Shown one piece after another: positions 19,668-29,795 of a stretch of 64,000 bases of DNA; within the stretch, counting starts at the first letter, position 1, and each line of letters opens with the position of its first letter. The position numbers and the translations under genes are program-made. A model generated the notes under the pieces. The model made no database searches and was not told the origin of the DNA. It saw only the letters and a list, made by a program, of their open reading frames with translations. The DNA comes from Euryarchaeota archaeon UBA182 (GTDB lineage Archaea > Thermoplasmatota > Poseidoniia > Poseidoniales > Thalassarchaeaceae), in assembly GCA_002495675.1 (NCBI GenBank), contig DAGH01000025.1, positions 14,258-78,257 on the forward strand, in the 5' to 3' direction.

Positions 19668-20531
19668 GTGACCGCTCAAGTTATCGACGGCAAGGCGATG
19701 GGCGCGATTATCGAGAAGGGTTTGACTGATGAGGCCAAAGCCATGGAAAAGAGGGGCAGAGCCCCACATCTAGTTGTCGTAATCGTTGGCGATGATGCTG
19801 CAAGCCACGTTTACGTAAGGAATAAACAGAGGGCGTGCGAGAGAATTGGGATCAAGAGCACTCGGTATGACCTACCTTCGACCAGCAACCCCTCCGACCT
19901 GATCGACCTGGTTGACAACCTAAACAAGGATGTCGGGGTCGATGGAATTCTCGTCCAAAGTCCACTACCTGCCGGATTCGACGAGATCTCAATAACAGAA
20001 ATGATCGATCCAAAGAAGGATGTCGACGGTTTTCACCCGGTGAATCTCGGTCGGATCGTCACAGGGAAGGTAGACGGATTGCTGCCCTGCACGCCCTCTG
20101 CTGTTATTCACATGCTAGAGTCCACGGGAGAGAGGCTCGCTGGCAAGAAGGCCCTTGTTGTTGGCAGGTCTAGGATTGTCGGGATGCCTACGGCGTTGTT
20201 GCTTGCTCAAAAGGGAGTTGATGCCACGGTAACCATTTCCCATTCCCGGAGCTCGGACCTTCAGGGGCTTTGTCTGGACTCTGACATAATAGTCGCAGCG
20301 GTCGGGAGGCCAGGTATGATCAAATCCGACTGGGTGAAGAGTGGTGCGATCGTCATTGATGTGGGCATAAACAGGATAGAAACAGAAGGGGGCAGCAAGC
20401 TGGTCGGAGATGTTGAGAAGGGGGCCTCCGATCGAGCCTCTTGGATGACTCCAGTCCCTGGGGGTGTGGGCCCAATGACCATAGCCATGTTGATGAGAAA
20501 CACGATTAGGGCCGCAGGCGATGAGGTCTGA
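19668..20531 (+). CDS. folD: bifunctional methylenetetrahydrofolate dehydrogenase / methenyl-THF cyclohydrolase
   Basis: FolD motifs: LVVVIVGDDAASHVYVRNK, QSPLPAG, DVDGFHPVNLGRI, PCTP, VVGRSRIVGMP, PGGVGPMTIAML. Confidence 0.9.
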   Translation: MTAQVIDGKAMGAIIEKGLTDEAKAMEKRGRAPHLVVVIVGDDAASHVYVRNKQRACERIGIKSTRYDLPSTSNPSDLIDLVDNLNKDVGVDGILVQSPLPAGFDEISITEMIDPKKDVDGFHPVNLGRIVTGKVDGLLPCTPSAVIHMLESTGERLAGKKALVVGRSRIVGMPTALLLAQKGVDATVTISHSRSSDLQGLCLDSDIIVAAVGRPGMIKSDWVKSGAIVIDVGINRIETEGGSKLVGDVEKGASDRASWMTPVPGGVGPMTIAMLMRNTIRAAGDEV

Positions 20532-20534
20532 CCC

Positions 20535-20843
20535 TCAGAACACTCCTAATTCCATCTGGGCATCCTCCGTCGCATGTACTCTGGGGTCCCATAGGGGAGA
20601 GAATGTCAAATTCACGTGCACGGATTCTACCTCGTCCACAGATAATGCCGCACGGTGAACCGCTGCCATTATCTCTGGTGCGACTGGGCAGCCCGGACTG
20701 GTGAGAGTCATGGTCACCTCAAGATGGCCCTCCTGATTCTCCACGCCGTATATCAGCCCTAAATCCGTCACAGATATTCCCATCTCTGGGTCAATCACCT
20801 CAGACAACGCGTCCATCACTCCATCATTATTGCTCATTTTCAC
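20535..20843 (-). CDS. DUF59/MIP18-family Fe-S cluster assembly protein (SufT-like)
   Basis: 102 aa: VIDPEMGISVTDLGLIYGV ... VTMTLTSPGCPV, the conserved DUF59 pattern with Cys in TxPxCP. Cotranscribed position downstream of sufE. Confidence 0.75.
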   Translation of the reverse strand: MKMSNNDGVMDALSEVIDPEMGISVTDLGLIYGVENQEGHLEVTMTLTSPGCPVAPEIMAAVHRAALSVDEVESVHVNLTFSPLWDPRVHATEDAQMELGVF

Positions 20844-21271
20844 TCCCCCATCATCCTTGACGCCTCGTTAACCACTCGGTCGAGCATGTTCTTGAAGCCA
20901 TTGGACCTACTTGGGGTCAGGGCTGAATTGAAGCCCATTGCCTCGGCGAATTCAGGGGTCAGCAAGGAGACCTGTTCGCAACTGCTTCCATCAACTGCTA
21001 TCCTCGTGATCTCCATCAACCCCTGGACAATCTGAGCATCCGCACCGCCTCTCATCCTGAAAAGGCCACTTGAATCCAATGTGCATTCCACGTGTGCTCT
21101 GGATTGGCAACCCTGAATCATGTTGGCGTCGTTCCATCTATCTTGTGGAAGTGCGTTGGTTGCGTTAGAAGCATATTCAAACAGCAGTTCGTACCGTTCC
21201 ATTGAGTCAAAGCAGTCCTGAAATTCCGCGACCACCGGATCAAGTGCCTCAGGCCACAGCCTCTCTCCCAT
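20840..21271 (-). CDS. sufE: cysteine desulfuration protein SufE
   Basis: 143 aa with the SufE active-site context MIQGCQSRAHVE. 4-nt overlap with the downstream DUF59 gene and sits directly after sufS. Confidence 0.8.
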   Translation of the reverse strand: MGERLWPEALDPVVAEFQDCFDSMERYELLFEYASNATNALPQDRWNDANMIQGCQSRAHVECTLDSSGLFRMRGGADAQIVQGLMEITRIAVDGSSCEQVSLLTPEFAEAMGFNSALTPSRSNGFKNMLDRVVNEASRMMGE

Positions 21272-21310
21272 GATGCCTGTTCGTGGCCGGTGTTTTTGAA
21301 TGGTTCCAGA

Positions 21311-22549
21311 TCAGGCGCCGAACCTGTCACAAACCATCTTCAAATGGTCAAGGAAAGAGCGTATTTCCTCCTCTGTGTTGTACAGCCAGAGTGATATCCG
21401 ATTCGTCGAAGCCACGCCGAGCGCGTCCATCAGGGGCTGTGCGCAATGCTGGCCGGTCCTCAGAGCGAATCCCCCCTCGTCCAACAACATCGCCAAGTCG
21501 TCTGAATCGATCCTCTCATGGAGGAAGGATATTGTCCCACTGCTCCCGGGTCGTCTCGGATCTGAGTAGATGGTTATGCCATCTATCTGGACCATGCCCT
21601 CGTATGCCATGATTGCCAGGGACTTGATATGGTCGTGCATCTGAGTGAAATCGATTTTCGAGAGCCAGTCAATCGCTGCCCCCCATCCGATTGCCTCCGC
21701 GATTCTGGGGGTTCCAGTCTCAAGGAGGGCGGCCCCGTCTCGATAGACTGAGCCATCGGTGGAGACTGACCTGATCATCTGGCCACCTGTCAGGAAAGGC
21801 CCGCATTGCGAGAGGGCCTCGTTCGTTGCGAGCAGGCCTCCAATCCCTGTGGGGCCAGCCATCTTGTGTGCGGACAGTGTGAGGAAATCTGCTCCCAACT
21901 CCTTGAAGTTGATTCTCTCATGAGATGCACCTTGTGCGGCGTCGATGAGTGTTCTCGCACCTGATTCCTTTGCCAGTGCGATGATGTCCTCTATAGGGTT
22001 CCTTGTGCCCAATACGTTGCTTGTGTGGACTACGCACACCAATTTAGCCCCCGGCAGCGCATGCTTGTATGCCTCCATGTCAAGGCACATGCGCCCCAGA
22101 TCCAGAGGCACGTATCTCAGCTCTATGCCAATCTCCTTCGATAGCTCCTGCCATGGAACGATGTCCGCGTGGTGCTCCATCTCCGTGAGCACGACCGCAT
22201 CCCCCTCTGAGAGGTTCCTTCGTGCCCAAGCATAGGCAACTAGGTTGATTGCTTCGGTGGTTCCACTAGTGTAAATCAGGTTCGAGGGGTCGGCACCGAA
22301 GAAGGAGGCAATTGATTCCCGTGCAGTCTCCAGTGCAGTAGTCGCCTCGTCAGCTAATGTGTGGGCGCCCCTGTGAGCATTAGAGTTGTATGTCTTGTAG
22401 TATCGAGTCATTGCATCTATTACCGTATCTGGCTTCTGGCTTGTCGCAGCATTGTCGAAGTACACCAAGGGCTTGCCGTTTGGTAGGACCCTGTTTAGGA
22501 TCGGGAAATCAGATCGGATCTCCTGAACGTCGTACATATTCACGAGCAT
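21311..22549 (-). CDS. sufS: cysteine desulfurase SufS (group II)
   Basis: N-terminus MYDVQEIRSDFPIL...VYFDNAATSQKP. PLP lysine context FLTLSAHKMAGPTGIGGL. C-terminal LRTGQHCAQP active-site Cys loop. The ORF start at 22621 was trimmed to ATG 22549. Confidence 0.9.
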   Translation of the reverse strand: MLVNMYDVQEIRSDFPILNRVLPNGKPLVYFDNAATSQKPDTVIDAMTRYYKTYNSNAHRGAHTLADEATTALETARESIASFFGADPSNLIYTSGTTEAINLVAYAWARRNLSEGDAVVLTEMEHHADIVPWQELSKEIGIELRYVPLDLGRMCLDMEAYKHALPGAKLVCVVHTSNVLGTRNPIEDIIALAKESGARTLIDAAQGASHERINFKELGADFLTLSAHKMAGPTGIGGLLATNEALSQCGPFLTGGQMIRSVSTDGSVYRDGAALLETGTPRIAEAIGWGAAIDWLSKIDFTQMHDHIKSLAIMAYEGMVQIDGITIYSDPRRPGSSGTISFLHERIDSDDLAMLLDEGGFALRTGQHCAQPLMDALGVASTNRISLWLYNTEEEIRSFLDHLKMVCDRFGA

Positions 22550-22595
22550 CCCTGTCGGTTTTGGGATATTAAGACGCGTTATGTGCTTTTTGTCC

Positions 22596-23087
22596 TCACA
22601 GACCCAGGCGCGAGAGCGCATCCATGATGGACTCTTCAGTCGCTGGGGAGCTCTTGGCGTCTCTTAGGTACCTGCCGACTACATCTGACCCCAAGTGAGC
22701 GAACTGTTCCCTCATCGCGGCCAGGGCCTTCCACCCATGGCCGCCACTGGCCGTCCCTATGGCGACCTTTCTTCGATTGAACAAGGACCTGAAGTCTTCG
22801 TAGTCCACTGAAATCCAGGTCAGGGCATTGATCCACACTGGGGGGAGCCCGCCGTTGTATTCTGGGAGCAGGACTATCCATGGTGCAGCCCCCTCTAGGT
22901 CTTGGATAAGCCGCCTCAGATGTTCCAACTTTGCGTTTTTGTTGGCCCTGGTGTAGATTGGCATCTCATAATTGTCCAACTCGATGATTGAGGATGTTTT
23001 TCCCATGCCCTCGACAAGTGACTTCACGCGCTTGCCCAAATCCAAGTTCCTTCCACCGCTCGTGACGATGATTTTGAGGTCCTCCAT
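22596..23087 (-). CDS. NADPH-dependent FMN reductase family flavoprotein
   Basis: Flavodoxin-like pattern: KIIVTSGGRN, PEYNGGLPPVWINALTWIS, KVAIGTASGGHG. Start trimmed to ATG 23087 (MEDLKIIV...). Confidence 0.65.
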   Translation of the reverse strand: MEDLKIIVTSGGRNLDLGKRVKSLVEGMGKTSSIIELDNYEMPIYTRANKNAKLEHLRRLIQDLEGAAPWIVLLPEYNGGLPPVWINALTWISVDYEDFRSLFNRRKVAIGTASGGHGWKALAAMREQFAHLGSDVVGRYLRDAKSSPATEESIMDALSRLGL

Positions 23088-23161
23088 GTTCCGATGCCGG
23101 GCCGTCTTCCTATTGAATCCCACGTTGGCAATTTCGCGAAAGAAATACATGACGGCGTTGA

Positions 23162-24406
23162 TTGGGGAATACCATGAGGGCGTTCGGACGAACACTGTTG
23201 ATGGCCTTCTTCATGATTTCAGTTTCCCTGTCTGGATGTTTTGGAAACGAGGAAAAGGTCGACGAGGATATGGACGAGTTCGACGAATTCGGAGGTTATA
23301 GCGTCGTCGCACCAATCGACACGGGCATCAATGTGTATCACAACCACTTCGCAATGAACGGCACCTACCCAGGTTGGCTCCTCGAGGGCCTAGGTGTGAC
23401 CATGTGGTGCAATCTGACAGATACAGGAACATGGTCAGAGAGGTATGAGGCTGATCGTGAGCTCTGCTGGGACGTAATCTCCTCCGAAGACATAGTCTAT
23501 TTTGTTGGAACCAGAATCATCGGCACCACGCCTGATGACGAGACGGACATCCCGATCCTCGATGACCCCTCTGATGGTCACGGGACCGCAGTCACCGGCT
23601 CGGTATTGGATGCGAATCCGGATGCTGTGATATTTTTCGTCGAGGGTTTCAGTGACGCAGCGGTTTTGGCAGCCGCCAATCAACCGCTTGTGGACATAAT
23701 CTCCACGTCATTCGGGCCAATTGGCTCGATTCCCGTGCCTGGGATCGAGGATGCAACGAAGGTCGCCGTGGTCCAGAACGGGAAAATCCACACAGGGGCG
23801 TCTGACAACACTCCCTCCCCCGCGATCCAAGACTCTACGGCAGGGCCACCTTGGTCAATTGGAATCTCGGGTTATGCCGAAGAGGATGACGACCAAAAGG
23901 AGACGATGAGCGGGTCCTACCCCGATATCGCCGCCGATTGGACCCAACTGCTACCTAATCACGACGACATCGACGGGTACCATGTAACCTCTGGCACATC
24001 CTTCGCCACCCCACGGACTGCGGGAATCCTCAGCGAGGTCCTAGAGGACCTAAGGAGCAAGGCAGGGGACAACAGATCCGGGGCCTCGGGCGACAGGAAT
24101 GGCTTGCTTGTACTGCCAGACAATGGAATTGAGCCCATCGAAAATTCTGATCTCAGGGAAGCTCTGAACCTCTCGGCATGGTATCCAAGTTTTTCCAGTT
24201 GGGACCCAACTGCGGGAACACTCCCCATATCCCCTGTGGCCCCTTGCACCCAGGTTGGATGGGGCGTTGTCAACATGTCCAATGTCCAACCCCTCATAGA
24301 CCACCTTGACGGGACTTCTGAGATGCCCCCCCGGCCAGCCGACGTTGTTGCGTGCATGGATGCGAATCAGGACATCAGGCAGGCTTACTGGTCATTCGTC
24401 GGATGA
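23162..24406 (+). CDS. secreted subtilisin-like serine protease (S8) lipoprotein
   Basis: Lipobox SLSGCFGN. Catalytic triad contexts: VVAPIDTGI (Asp), DGHGTAVTGS (His), TSGTSFATPRTAG (Ser). Confidence 0.8.
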   Translation: MGNTMRAFGRTLLMAFFMISVSLSGCFGNEEKVDEDMDEFDEFGGYSVVAPIDTGINVYHNHFAMNGTYPGWLLEGLGVTMWCNLTDTGTWSERYEADRELCWDVISSEDIVYFVGTRIIGTTPDDETDIPILDDPSDGHGTAVTGSVLDANPDAVIFFVEGFSDAAVLAAANQPLVDIISTSFGPIGSIPVPGIEDATKVAVVQNGKIHTGASDNTPSPAIQDSTAGPPWSIGISGYAEEDDDQKETMSGSYPDIAADWTQLLPNHDDIDGYHVTSGTSFATPRTAGILSEVLEDLRSKAGDNRSGASGDRNGLLVLPDNGIEPIENSDLREALNLSAWYPSFSSWDPTAGTLPISPVAPCTQVGWGVVNMSNVQPLIDHLDGTSEMPPRPADVVACMDANQDIRQAYWSFVG

Positions 24407-26137
24407 CTCCTCGCTGTTTCTCGAAGCAAAAATGATGATCCCTATCAGGCCAACTATCAGAAGTGCAGATATCATGCCTAGGATGCTTCCACCCTCACTG
24501 TCTTCGTCATCGCCCTGCCCGCTACCATCCGAGGTTCCTTCTGTGGAGGAGTTCCCCCCATCCGCTTGGCAGGTTCCATCATCTATGGTCGCAGAGGCAT
24601 CGAAGTTAGGGGCATTTTCATCCGTACAACCGGAACGATGTGAGTGATCGAGTGTTGCAAGGAACCCATCTGGCCATTGGTAAGTACTCTCGTTGTCCCA
24701 ATTCTGGATGGTTAAGTTTCCGAATTCAGCATGGGTCGTTGAGAATGACCCTCCCATTGCAGTCTTGCCATTTGAATGGTGCAATGACGTTGCTTCCGGC
24801 CACTTTGCCATTCCAAGTCCAAGGGCCCACTCCCATATTCCGTTATCTGAGATTCCTGCCATCCAGAGATCCATGTTTAGTGGGTCATCTGACTTCAAGA
24901 TTGAGTGTGTGTCGAATGCCAGTTGCAACGAGGCCGTCCCGCCCAAGACAATGGCACCACCAGACATAGAGGCGATCGCATGTGCGTCATCGTTCCCCGC
25001 CCCTGAAACAGACTCTGTCCATTGCCATTTGCCCTCGTTTGAAATCTTGGAGACCATCACATCAGTTGTACCAGTAAGGCCTGTGTTTGTATTGCTGATC
25101 CTGGACGAGTTGTCTGGGTCGATTGAGTAGGTGACGCGTGAGGAGGTTCTGGACAACACATAGGCACCACCTGTTTCATCGGCGTCGATTGAGTAGATCT
25201 CCTCGCTATTCTGACCCCCGATTGAGGCGATCCATTCCCATGTGTTGGATGACGGGTCCCAAGATGCGATCATTCCTTCGGAATAGCCTGGTGAATCATT
25301 GACGGTCTTGTTCGGAACCCCATAAGCTGCCTGCCCCAGAAAGTACCCAGCCACCATGACCTTGCCATCGGAGGTCAACGCCATGCTGTGCACCTCCAAA
25401 CTAGAATCCGCATCGAACAAACTTGCGTGGGAGGCAATTGCCCCCGTGGAATCGAACTCCACTAGGAAGGAGTCAGTCAATCCCCCATCTGCCCAACCCG
25501 GCATTAAGCTGGATCCGCCGTCATAAATCGGATCGCTGGCATAATTTCCAACGACAAAAACCCCTCCACTGGGGGCAGGCTCAAGTGCTACGGCCCAGTC
25601 TGAAGATTGGCCTTGAAAGGAATATGCCCATGTCCAGCTACCGGTCGTCGGATCCAACTTCCCAACGAAGGCCTCTGAGGTGGGGGATGTCGTTAGGGTC
25701 CTTGGAGTCTGGTCCGTGTTGTTCAACTCAAAGTTCCCAAAGACGGAAGTGTTCGACTTGAAGCCACCCGCGACATACACGGAGCCGTCTGTGGCAATGG
25801 TTATCGCTGCCCCCCAGTCGTCATCCGGGCCACCTGCAGTCGAAAGCCAAGCCCAATCGCCATCTGCCCATTTTCCGACAAAGATGTCCGTCGTGTTGCC
25901 AGTTTCATGTTGATTCGCCTCGAGCGATAATTCCCCAGCATGCAGGTCAAACCTGTAGGCTCCAACCACGTAGATATCACCGGACTCTGTATCAATGTGG
26001 ACATCATTGACTGAGTCGCCCCACCATCCAGATATAGCCTCGGCATCGGCCCAGATCGGGGGTTGTGCAGTAGTGTATCCTGCCAGGTGAGATACAAGCA
26101 GGATCGTGGTCAGAGTACCTGCCAGTCGCCACCTCAT
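24392..26137 (-). CDS. secreted beta-propeller (SBBP-repeat-like) surface protein with C-terminal TM anchor
   Basis: Signal peptide. Repeated DGxxYVxG blocks (DGSVYVAGGF, GDIYVVGAY, GGVFVVGNY, DGKVMVAGYF). C-terminal GMISALLIVGLIGIIIFASR anchor then acidic tail. Confidence 0.6.
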   Translation of the reverse strand: MRWRLAGTLTTILLVSHLAGYTTAQPPIWADAEAISGWWGDSVNDVHIDTESGDIYVVGAYRFDLHAGELSLEANQHETGNTTDIFVGKWADGDWAWLSTAGGPDDDWGAAITIATDGSVYVAGGFKSNTSVFGNFELNNTDQTPRTLTTSPTSEAFVGKLDPTTGSWTWAYSFQGQSSDWAVALEPAPSGGVFVVGNYASDPIYDGGSSLMPGWADGGLTDSFLVEFDSTGAIASHASLFDADSSLEVHSMALTSDGKVMVAGYFLGQAAYGVPNKTVNDSPGYSEGMIASWDPSSNTWEWIASIGGQNSEEIYSIDADETGGAYVLSRTSSRVTYSIDPDNSSRISNTNTGLTGTTDVMVSKISNEGKWQWTESVSGAGNDDAHAIASMSGGAIVLGGTASLQLAFDTHSILKSDDPLNMDLWMAGISDNGIWEWALGLGMAKWPEATSLHHSNGKTAMGGSFSTTHAEFGNLTIQNWDNESTYQWPDGFLATLDHSHRSGCTDENAPNFDASATIDDGTCQADGGNSSTEGTSDGSGQGDDEDSEGGSILGMISALLIVGLIGIIIFASRNSEESSDE

Positions 26138-26198
26138 GGGCCCGGGGCCGCAGGTTCAACAAATAATCCGTCCGGCCTGAGGGGGATATTTGCCGCCT

Positions 26199-28811
26199 CT
26201 AAGCAAGGTCATCGTCTTGTCTGGGGAGTGGGGGAGGCGATGGTGGGCTGGAGGGTATGGCCGGCCTCCTGGCTACCATCGATACCACCACGCCAAGGAC
26301 CACCAAGAGGACCATTATACCGGCCACACCGGCAAAGCCCCCCAGATCCAAGGAGGAGGGCTCCATGTCGTCGCATACGCCATCAGAATCTCCGTCCGAT
26401 GGGACGTTGGTTGCCACGAGGGAGTCGGAACCACAGGCAATCTCATCCGTGTCGAGCCATCCATCCCCATCATCGTCCAAGTCTGAGTTGTCTCCGATTC
26501 CATCGCCATCTGTATCCGAGGATTCGGTTGAGATCAGGGGGAAGGCGTCATCGGAATCCAGAATTCCGTCGTTGTCATCATCCATGTCCTCCACATAGGC
26601 GGAATTCGCTCCGATCAGCACCCAGTCTGGTTTGCCATCTCCGTCGGAGTCGCCGCCCACCTTGTCATCAAGGGGTTCCACGTCATCGACGTCAGGGACC
26701 CCATCACCATCATCATCGTGGTCGACCACGAGCGATGTCGGGCAATTTGGTATCGTGAACTCGTCGGGCATTCCATCCATGTCCCTATCCAAGCTGGCAC
26801 AAATCTCCAAGGGGAATGCATCCAGAGCATCCTCGACGTCGTCCGCATCGTCATCGTTGTCAATTTCGTTGCATTCCCCATCTTGGTCTGTGTCAACTGG
26901 CATTGAAAGAGGGTCCAAGGGGTCTGTGCCCCCGCATTCTCCCTCCAACAGGTCAGACCACCCATCTGAATCGTCATCGTCGTCCCTGTTATCCCCGATG
27001 CCATCGTCGTCGGTATCCATCCATTCGAGTGGGTCTGTTGGGAATTCGTCCAAGTCATCATGAGTGCCGTCCCCATCATCGTCGGCATCTTGGTCAGAAT
27101 CTCTGCAACCATCCCCGTCCATGTCAGTGATCGAGTCACTGGCCCATCCGGCCTCTGGACTCTCAAGACACTGATCAAACGCGTCGTAAACGCCGTCACC
27201 GTCTGAGTCGAATGTGATTTGGTAGATAAGAGTGGCATTCTCGACACCGATGTACTGGTCAGTACCTACCGCTGCTGAACAGCCAGTATTGTTACCAGTC
27301 ACGCAGACCGGGAAGTTTGCGGCTATGTTGCCTGCAGGGCTAATCGCTAAGTCGCCCAGAGGTGAAACCCCAGCTCCGTTGTATGCTATCCCTCGCATCC
27401 AATCGACGCTACCCCATTCGGTGTTGTGGAGCATCAGGAAGCCCTCCGCTTCCTCTGAGTTTCTTTCTCTTGTCATTTGCATGCCATCCGCACTATCAAA
27501 CGTCACCGGGCAGTCTGTTCCCTCATTCCCCCAACATTGAGTGCCTCCCAGTAGGAAATGCCCCTCCGGCGTCACCGCAGCTGAGTGGAATACCTCGTTG
27601 CCATCAGTCTTTGAGTCCCAAAGGCCCTCATACTCCCATGACGTGTGATTGAAAACCGCATACCAAGCATCAGAACCGCCGGAGTTGTACACCGAGAAAC
27701 TCCCGGCGCTGAATGTCGAGGAATAGTGGTTTCCTGCCAAGAGGACGCTGTGGGCATCCACCTCTACCATGACCTGTACGTAATCGGCAGCGGCGCCATT
27801 CATGACGCTCAGGCTTTCAACGGTGCCGTTCTCGTCGTACTTTACGATGAACGGGTTGTGGTTGGCCACTGAATACCCAGGGGCTATTGTCATCATACAG
27901 TTGGCGTCCCATCCCTCACATCCATATCCAGACATCAACAAACCTCCATCTGATGTGGCAACGATCCCTTTCTGGTTCAATGAGTACCATGAGTTCCACA
28001 TGTTGTTGTCGGCTGCTCCACTCCCGAAGGACTTAGACCACAATACATCACCTTGGGCTGAGAGTTTGATAATCATCACGTCAGACACCCCATTCGATTG
28101 GTGAGTGTTATCGCCAATGGAAATGCTGCAAAGGAGGTTGTAGTTCTGGCAGAAGGTGCCCGCGACATAGATCGATCCATCCGGTGCCTCTGAGATAGAA
28201 TGGATGGTGTCGAATCCCTTTGATCCAATGATCATTGACCATAGAGCCTCGCCACCAGGTCCAATCCTTGCGAACCAGGCGTCGCTCCCGTCATCTACGA
28301 CGGGGAGTGAAATTCCAAAACCTGTCAGCGTGCAGTCCGTTGGTTGAAGCCAACATGCACTGCCACCAACGAGCATGTCTCCATTGTTGGCAAAGGAAAT
28401 TGAGTCAATCCGGTCTCCTCCGCTCGAGGATATGATCTGGACGTCCTTGGCGCTGCCGGTAGAGTCCAAGGTCAACAGATAAGCAGGCGCGAAGTCGTCA
28501 CTCGTGACATCGACTCCATCGACGGTCAGCTGACAGGTTTCAGGATCCTCTGGGAGGTAGTATACTCCGCACAGGGTCCCTCCAATCACCAAATCGCCGT
28601 TTGGGGCGTATGCCATGGCGTTCACCGTCTCGTGCATGTATCCTAGATCTAGCAGGTATGAGGACTCTGATGAGAGCGAGATCTGCGTGGTCTCGGCCCT
28701 CTCGATCATGTCCTCCATTTCGACGGTGAAAATCGGACTTATGGACCAACTTGTCAACATAATGGCGAAGAGGATCGTCAGTTTGTGTCGTGTCGCGTTG
28801 GCTGTACCCAT
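26199..28811 (-). CDS. large cell-surface protein: beta-propeller repeats + Asp-rich TSP3/calcium-binding-like repeats + C-terminal TM anchor
   Basis: 870 aa. Signal peptide. DGSIYVAGTF-type repeats. ~300 aa of DxDxDG-type repeats (DSDGDGVYD, DMDGDGCRDSDQDADDDGDGTHDD, DTDDDGIGDNRDDDDDSDGWSD, DHDDDGDGVPDVDD). Hydrophobic anchor GIMVLLVVLGVVVSMVARR and Pro-rich tail. Confidence 0.6.
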   Translation of the reverse strand: MGTANATRHKLTILFAIMLTSWSISPIFTVEMEDMIERAETTQISLSSESSYLLDLGYMHETVNAMAYAPNGDLVIGGTLCGVYYLPEDPETCQLTVDGVDVTSDDFAPAYLLTLDSTGSAKDVQIISSSGGDRIDSISFANNGDMLVGGSACWLQPTDCTLTGFGISLPVVDDGSDAWFARIGPGGEALWSMIIGSKGFDTIHSISEAPDGSIYVAGTFCQNYNLLCSISIGDNTHQSNGVSDVMIIKLSAQGDVLWSKSFGSGAADNNMWNSWYSLNQKGIVATSDGGLLMSGYGCEGWDANCMMTIAPGYSVANHNPFIVKYDENGTVESLSVMNGAAADYVQVMVEVDAHSVLLAGNHYSSTFSAGSFSVYNSGGSDAWYAVFNHTSWEYEGLWDSKTDGNEVFHSAAVTPEGHFLLGGTQCWGNEGTDCPVTFDSADGMQMTRERNSEEAEGFLMLHNTEWGSVDWMRGIAYNGAGVSPLGDLAISPAGNIAANFPVCVTGNNTGCSAAVGTDQYIGVENATLIYQITFDSDGDGVYDAFDQCLESPEAGWASDSITDMDGDGCRDSDQDADDDGDGTHDDLDEFPTDPLEWMDTDDDGIGDNRDDDDDSDGWSDLLEGECGGTDPLDPLSMPVDTDQDGECNEIDNDDDADDVEDALDAFPLEICASLDRDMDGMPDEFTIPNCPTSLVVDHDDDGDGVPDVDDVEPLDDKVGGDSDGDGKPDWVLIGANSAYVEDMDDDNDGILDSDDAFPLISTESSDTDGDGIGDNSDLDDDGDGWLDTDEIACGSDSLVATNVPSDGDSDGVCDDMEPSSLDLGGFAGVAGIMVLLVVLGVVVSMVARRPAIPSSPPSPPPLPRQDDDLA

Positions 28812-29072
28812 GTTTGATGATACGTGTTCGCAATTTCATATTTGCCCCAAATTCAAGTCAATAACGGGCACAAAGTGATGTATAAGTTGAGATCGATGTG
28901 GAATTATGCTGATAGGCATATTTTTCGATGTTCTTGAGATTCTTGGCTTTCTGGCCCTCTTCCTCGTGATTGGCGCTTTGATAATGGCTCTTAGTGGCCC
29001 ATTGGGGATCATCAGAACCGCGATATCGAACTCGGACCAGGAGCAAGATACTTGGTGGAATTGAACACGAGT

Positions 29073-29150
29073 TGGTGCTCGTGCCGGGATTTGAACCCGG
29101 GTCGCCGCCTCGAAAGGGCGGCATGATGGACCGAACTACACCACACGAGC
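29073..29150 (-). tRNA. tRNA-Glu (anticodon UUC), CCA encoded
   Basis: Reverse complement GCTCGTGTGGTGTAGTTCGGTCCATCATGCCGCCCTTTCGAGGCGGCGACCCGGGTTCAAATCCCGGCACGAGCACCA. Anticodon loop CUUUCGA. Architecture matches archaeal tRNA-Glu. Confidence 0.85.
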
Positions 29151-29177
29151 GGTGGACCTCGGTCCACTGTTTCCGGT

Positions 29178-29795
29178 TTAACGGGTTCGCATTCCTTCTT
29201 CCTTTGGATGCCCTTGATTTTGCATCCACCTAAAGACGGGGACCATCAAGATCAAACCCAGCATTGATATCAAGAGGAATCTGGCCGGTGTGAACCATTC
29301 CAGTGCTGCGTCCCCGTAGTACCAGATGGCGACGGCCGGAATGGAGAACCTCATGAGCCTGCCAATGCCTCCCGAGATCATAAACGGAATAAGTGGCATA
29401 GAACCGGCTCCTGCGGTCCATGCAAGGGCCTTGTATGGCACCGGTCCCAATGCCGCGAAGAATACTCCGAATGATCCATGTCTGTGCATAATCTGCTCCA
29501 AACGGGCTATAGAAGACTCACTAGCAAACCGGGAGAGGACGTAGTCACCGGCCACTGATCCCATCCAATAGCCCACCAGCGATCCGAGTACTGAGCCAAC
29601 AGTCGCTACGATAACGATGGTCAAAAGTTCGGGAATACTGCCTGCCCCCAATGCCATCGGCCAAGAAACGAGGTCTGGGGGGACTGGTTGTACAGCAGAC
29701 TCGGTTGCTGATACCAAAAACAGCCCCATCAGCCCGAATGATTCGGCTGCATCGACAGTCCAATCGACCCACGTCTCCGGAACTAGGCCCGCCAT
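29178..29795 (-). CDS. DedA/SNARE-associated (TVP38) family membrane protein
   Basis: Multi-pass hydrophobic protein with the DedA-type motif region FFAALGPVPYKALAWTAGAGSMP. Confidence 0.65.
   Translation of the reverse strand: MAGLVPETWVDWTVDAAESFGLMGLFLVSATESAVQPVPPDLVSWPMALGAGSIPELLTIVIVATVGSVLGSLVGYWMGSVAGDYVLSRFASESSIARLEQIMHRHGSFGVFFAALGPVPYKALAWTAGAGSMPLIPFMISGGIGRLMRFSIPAVAIWYYGDAALEWFTPARFLLISMLGLILMVPVFRWMQNQGHPKEEGMRTR

Noticed and set aside
26063-26758. 231-aa Arg/His/Pro-rich plus-strand ORF
   Set aside because: It is the antisense reading of the Asp-rich DxDxDG repeat region of the 870-aa surface protein (26199-28811). Its low-complexity composition is the mirror image of GAY codon repeats. 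Treated as a non-coding artefact.
28858-29233. ORFs 28994-29233 (+) and 28858-29229 (-) overlapping tRNA-Glu
   Set aside because: Both span the tRNA-Glu gene (29073-29150) and the intergenic spacer. No protein-like features.
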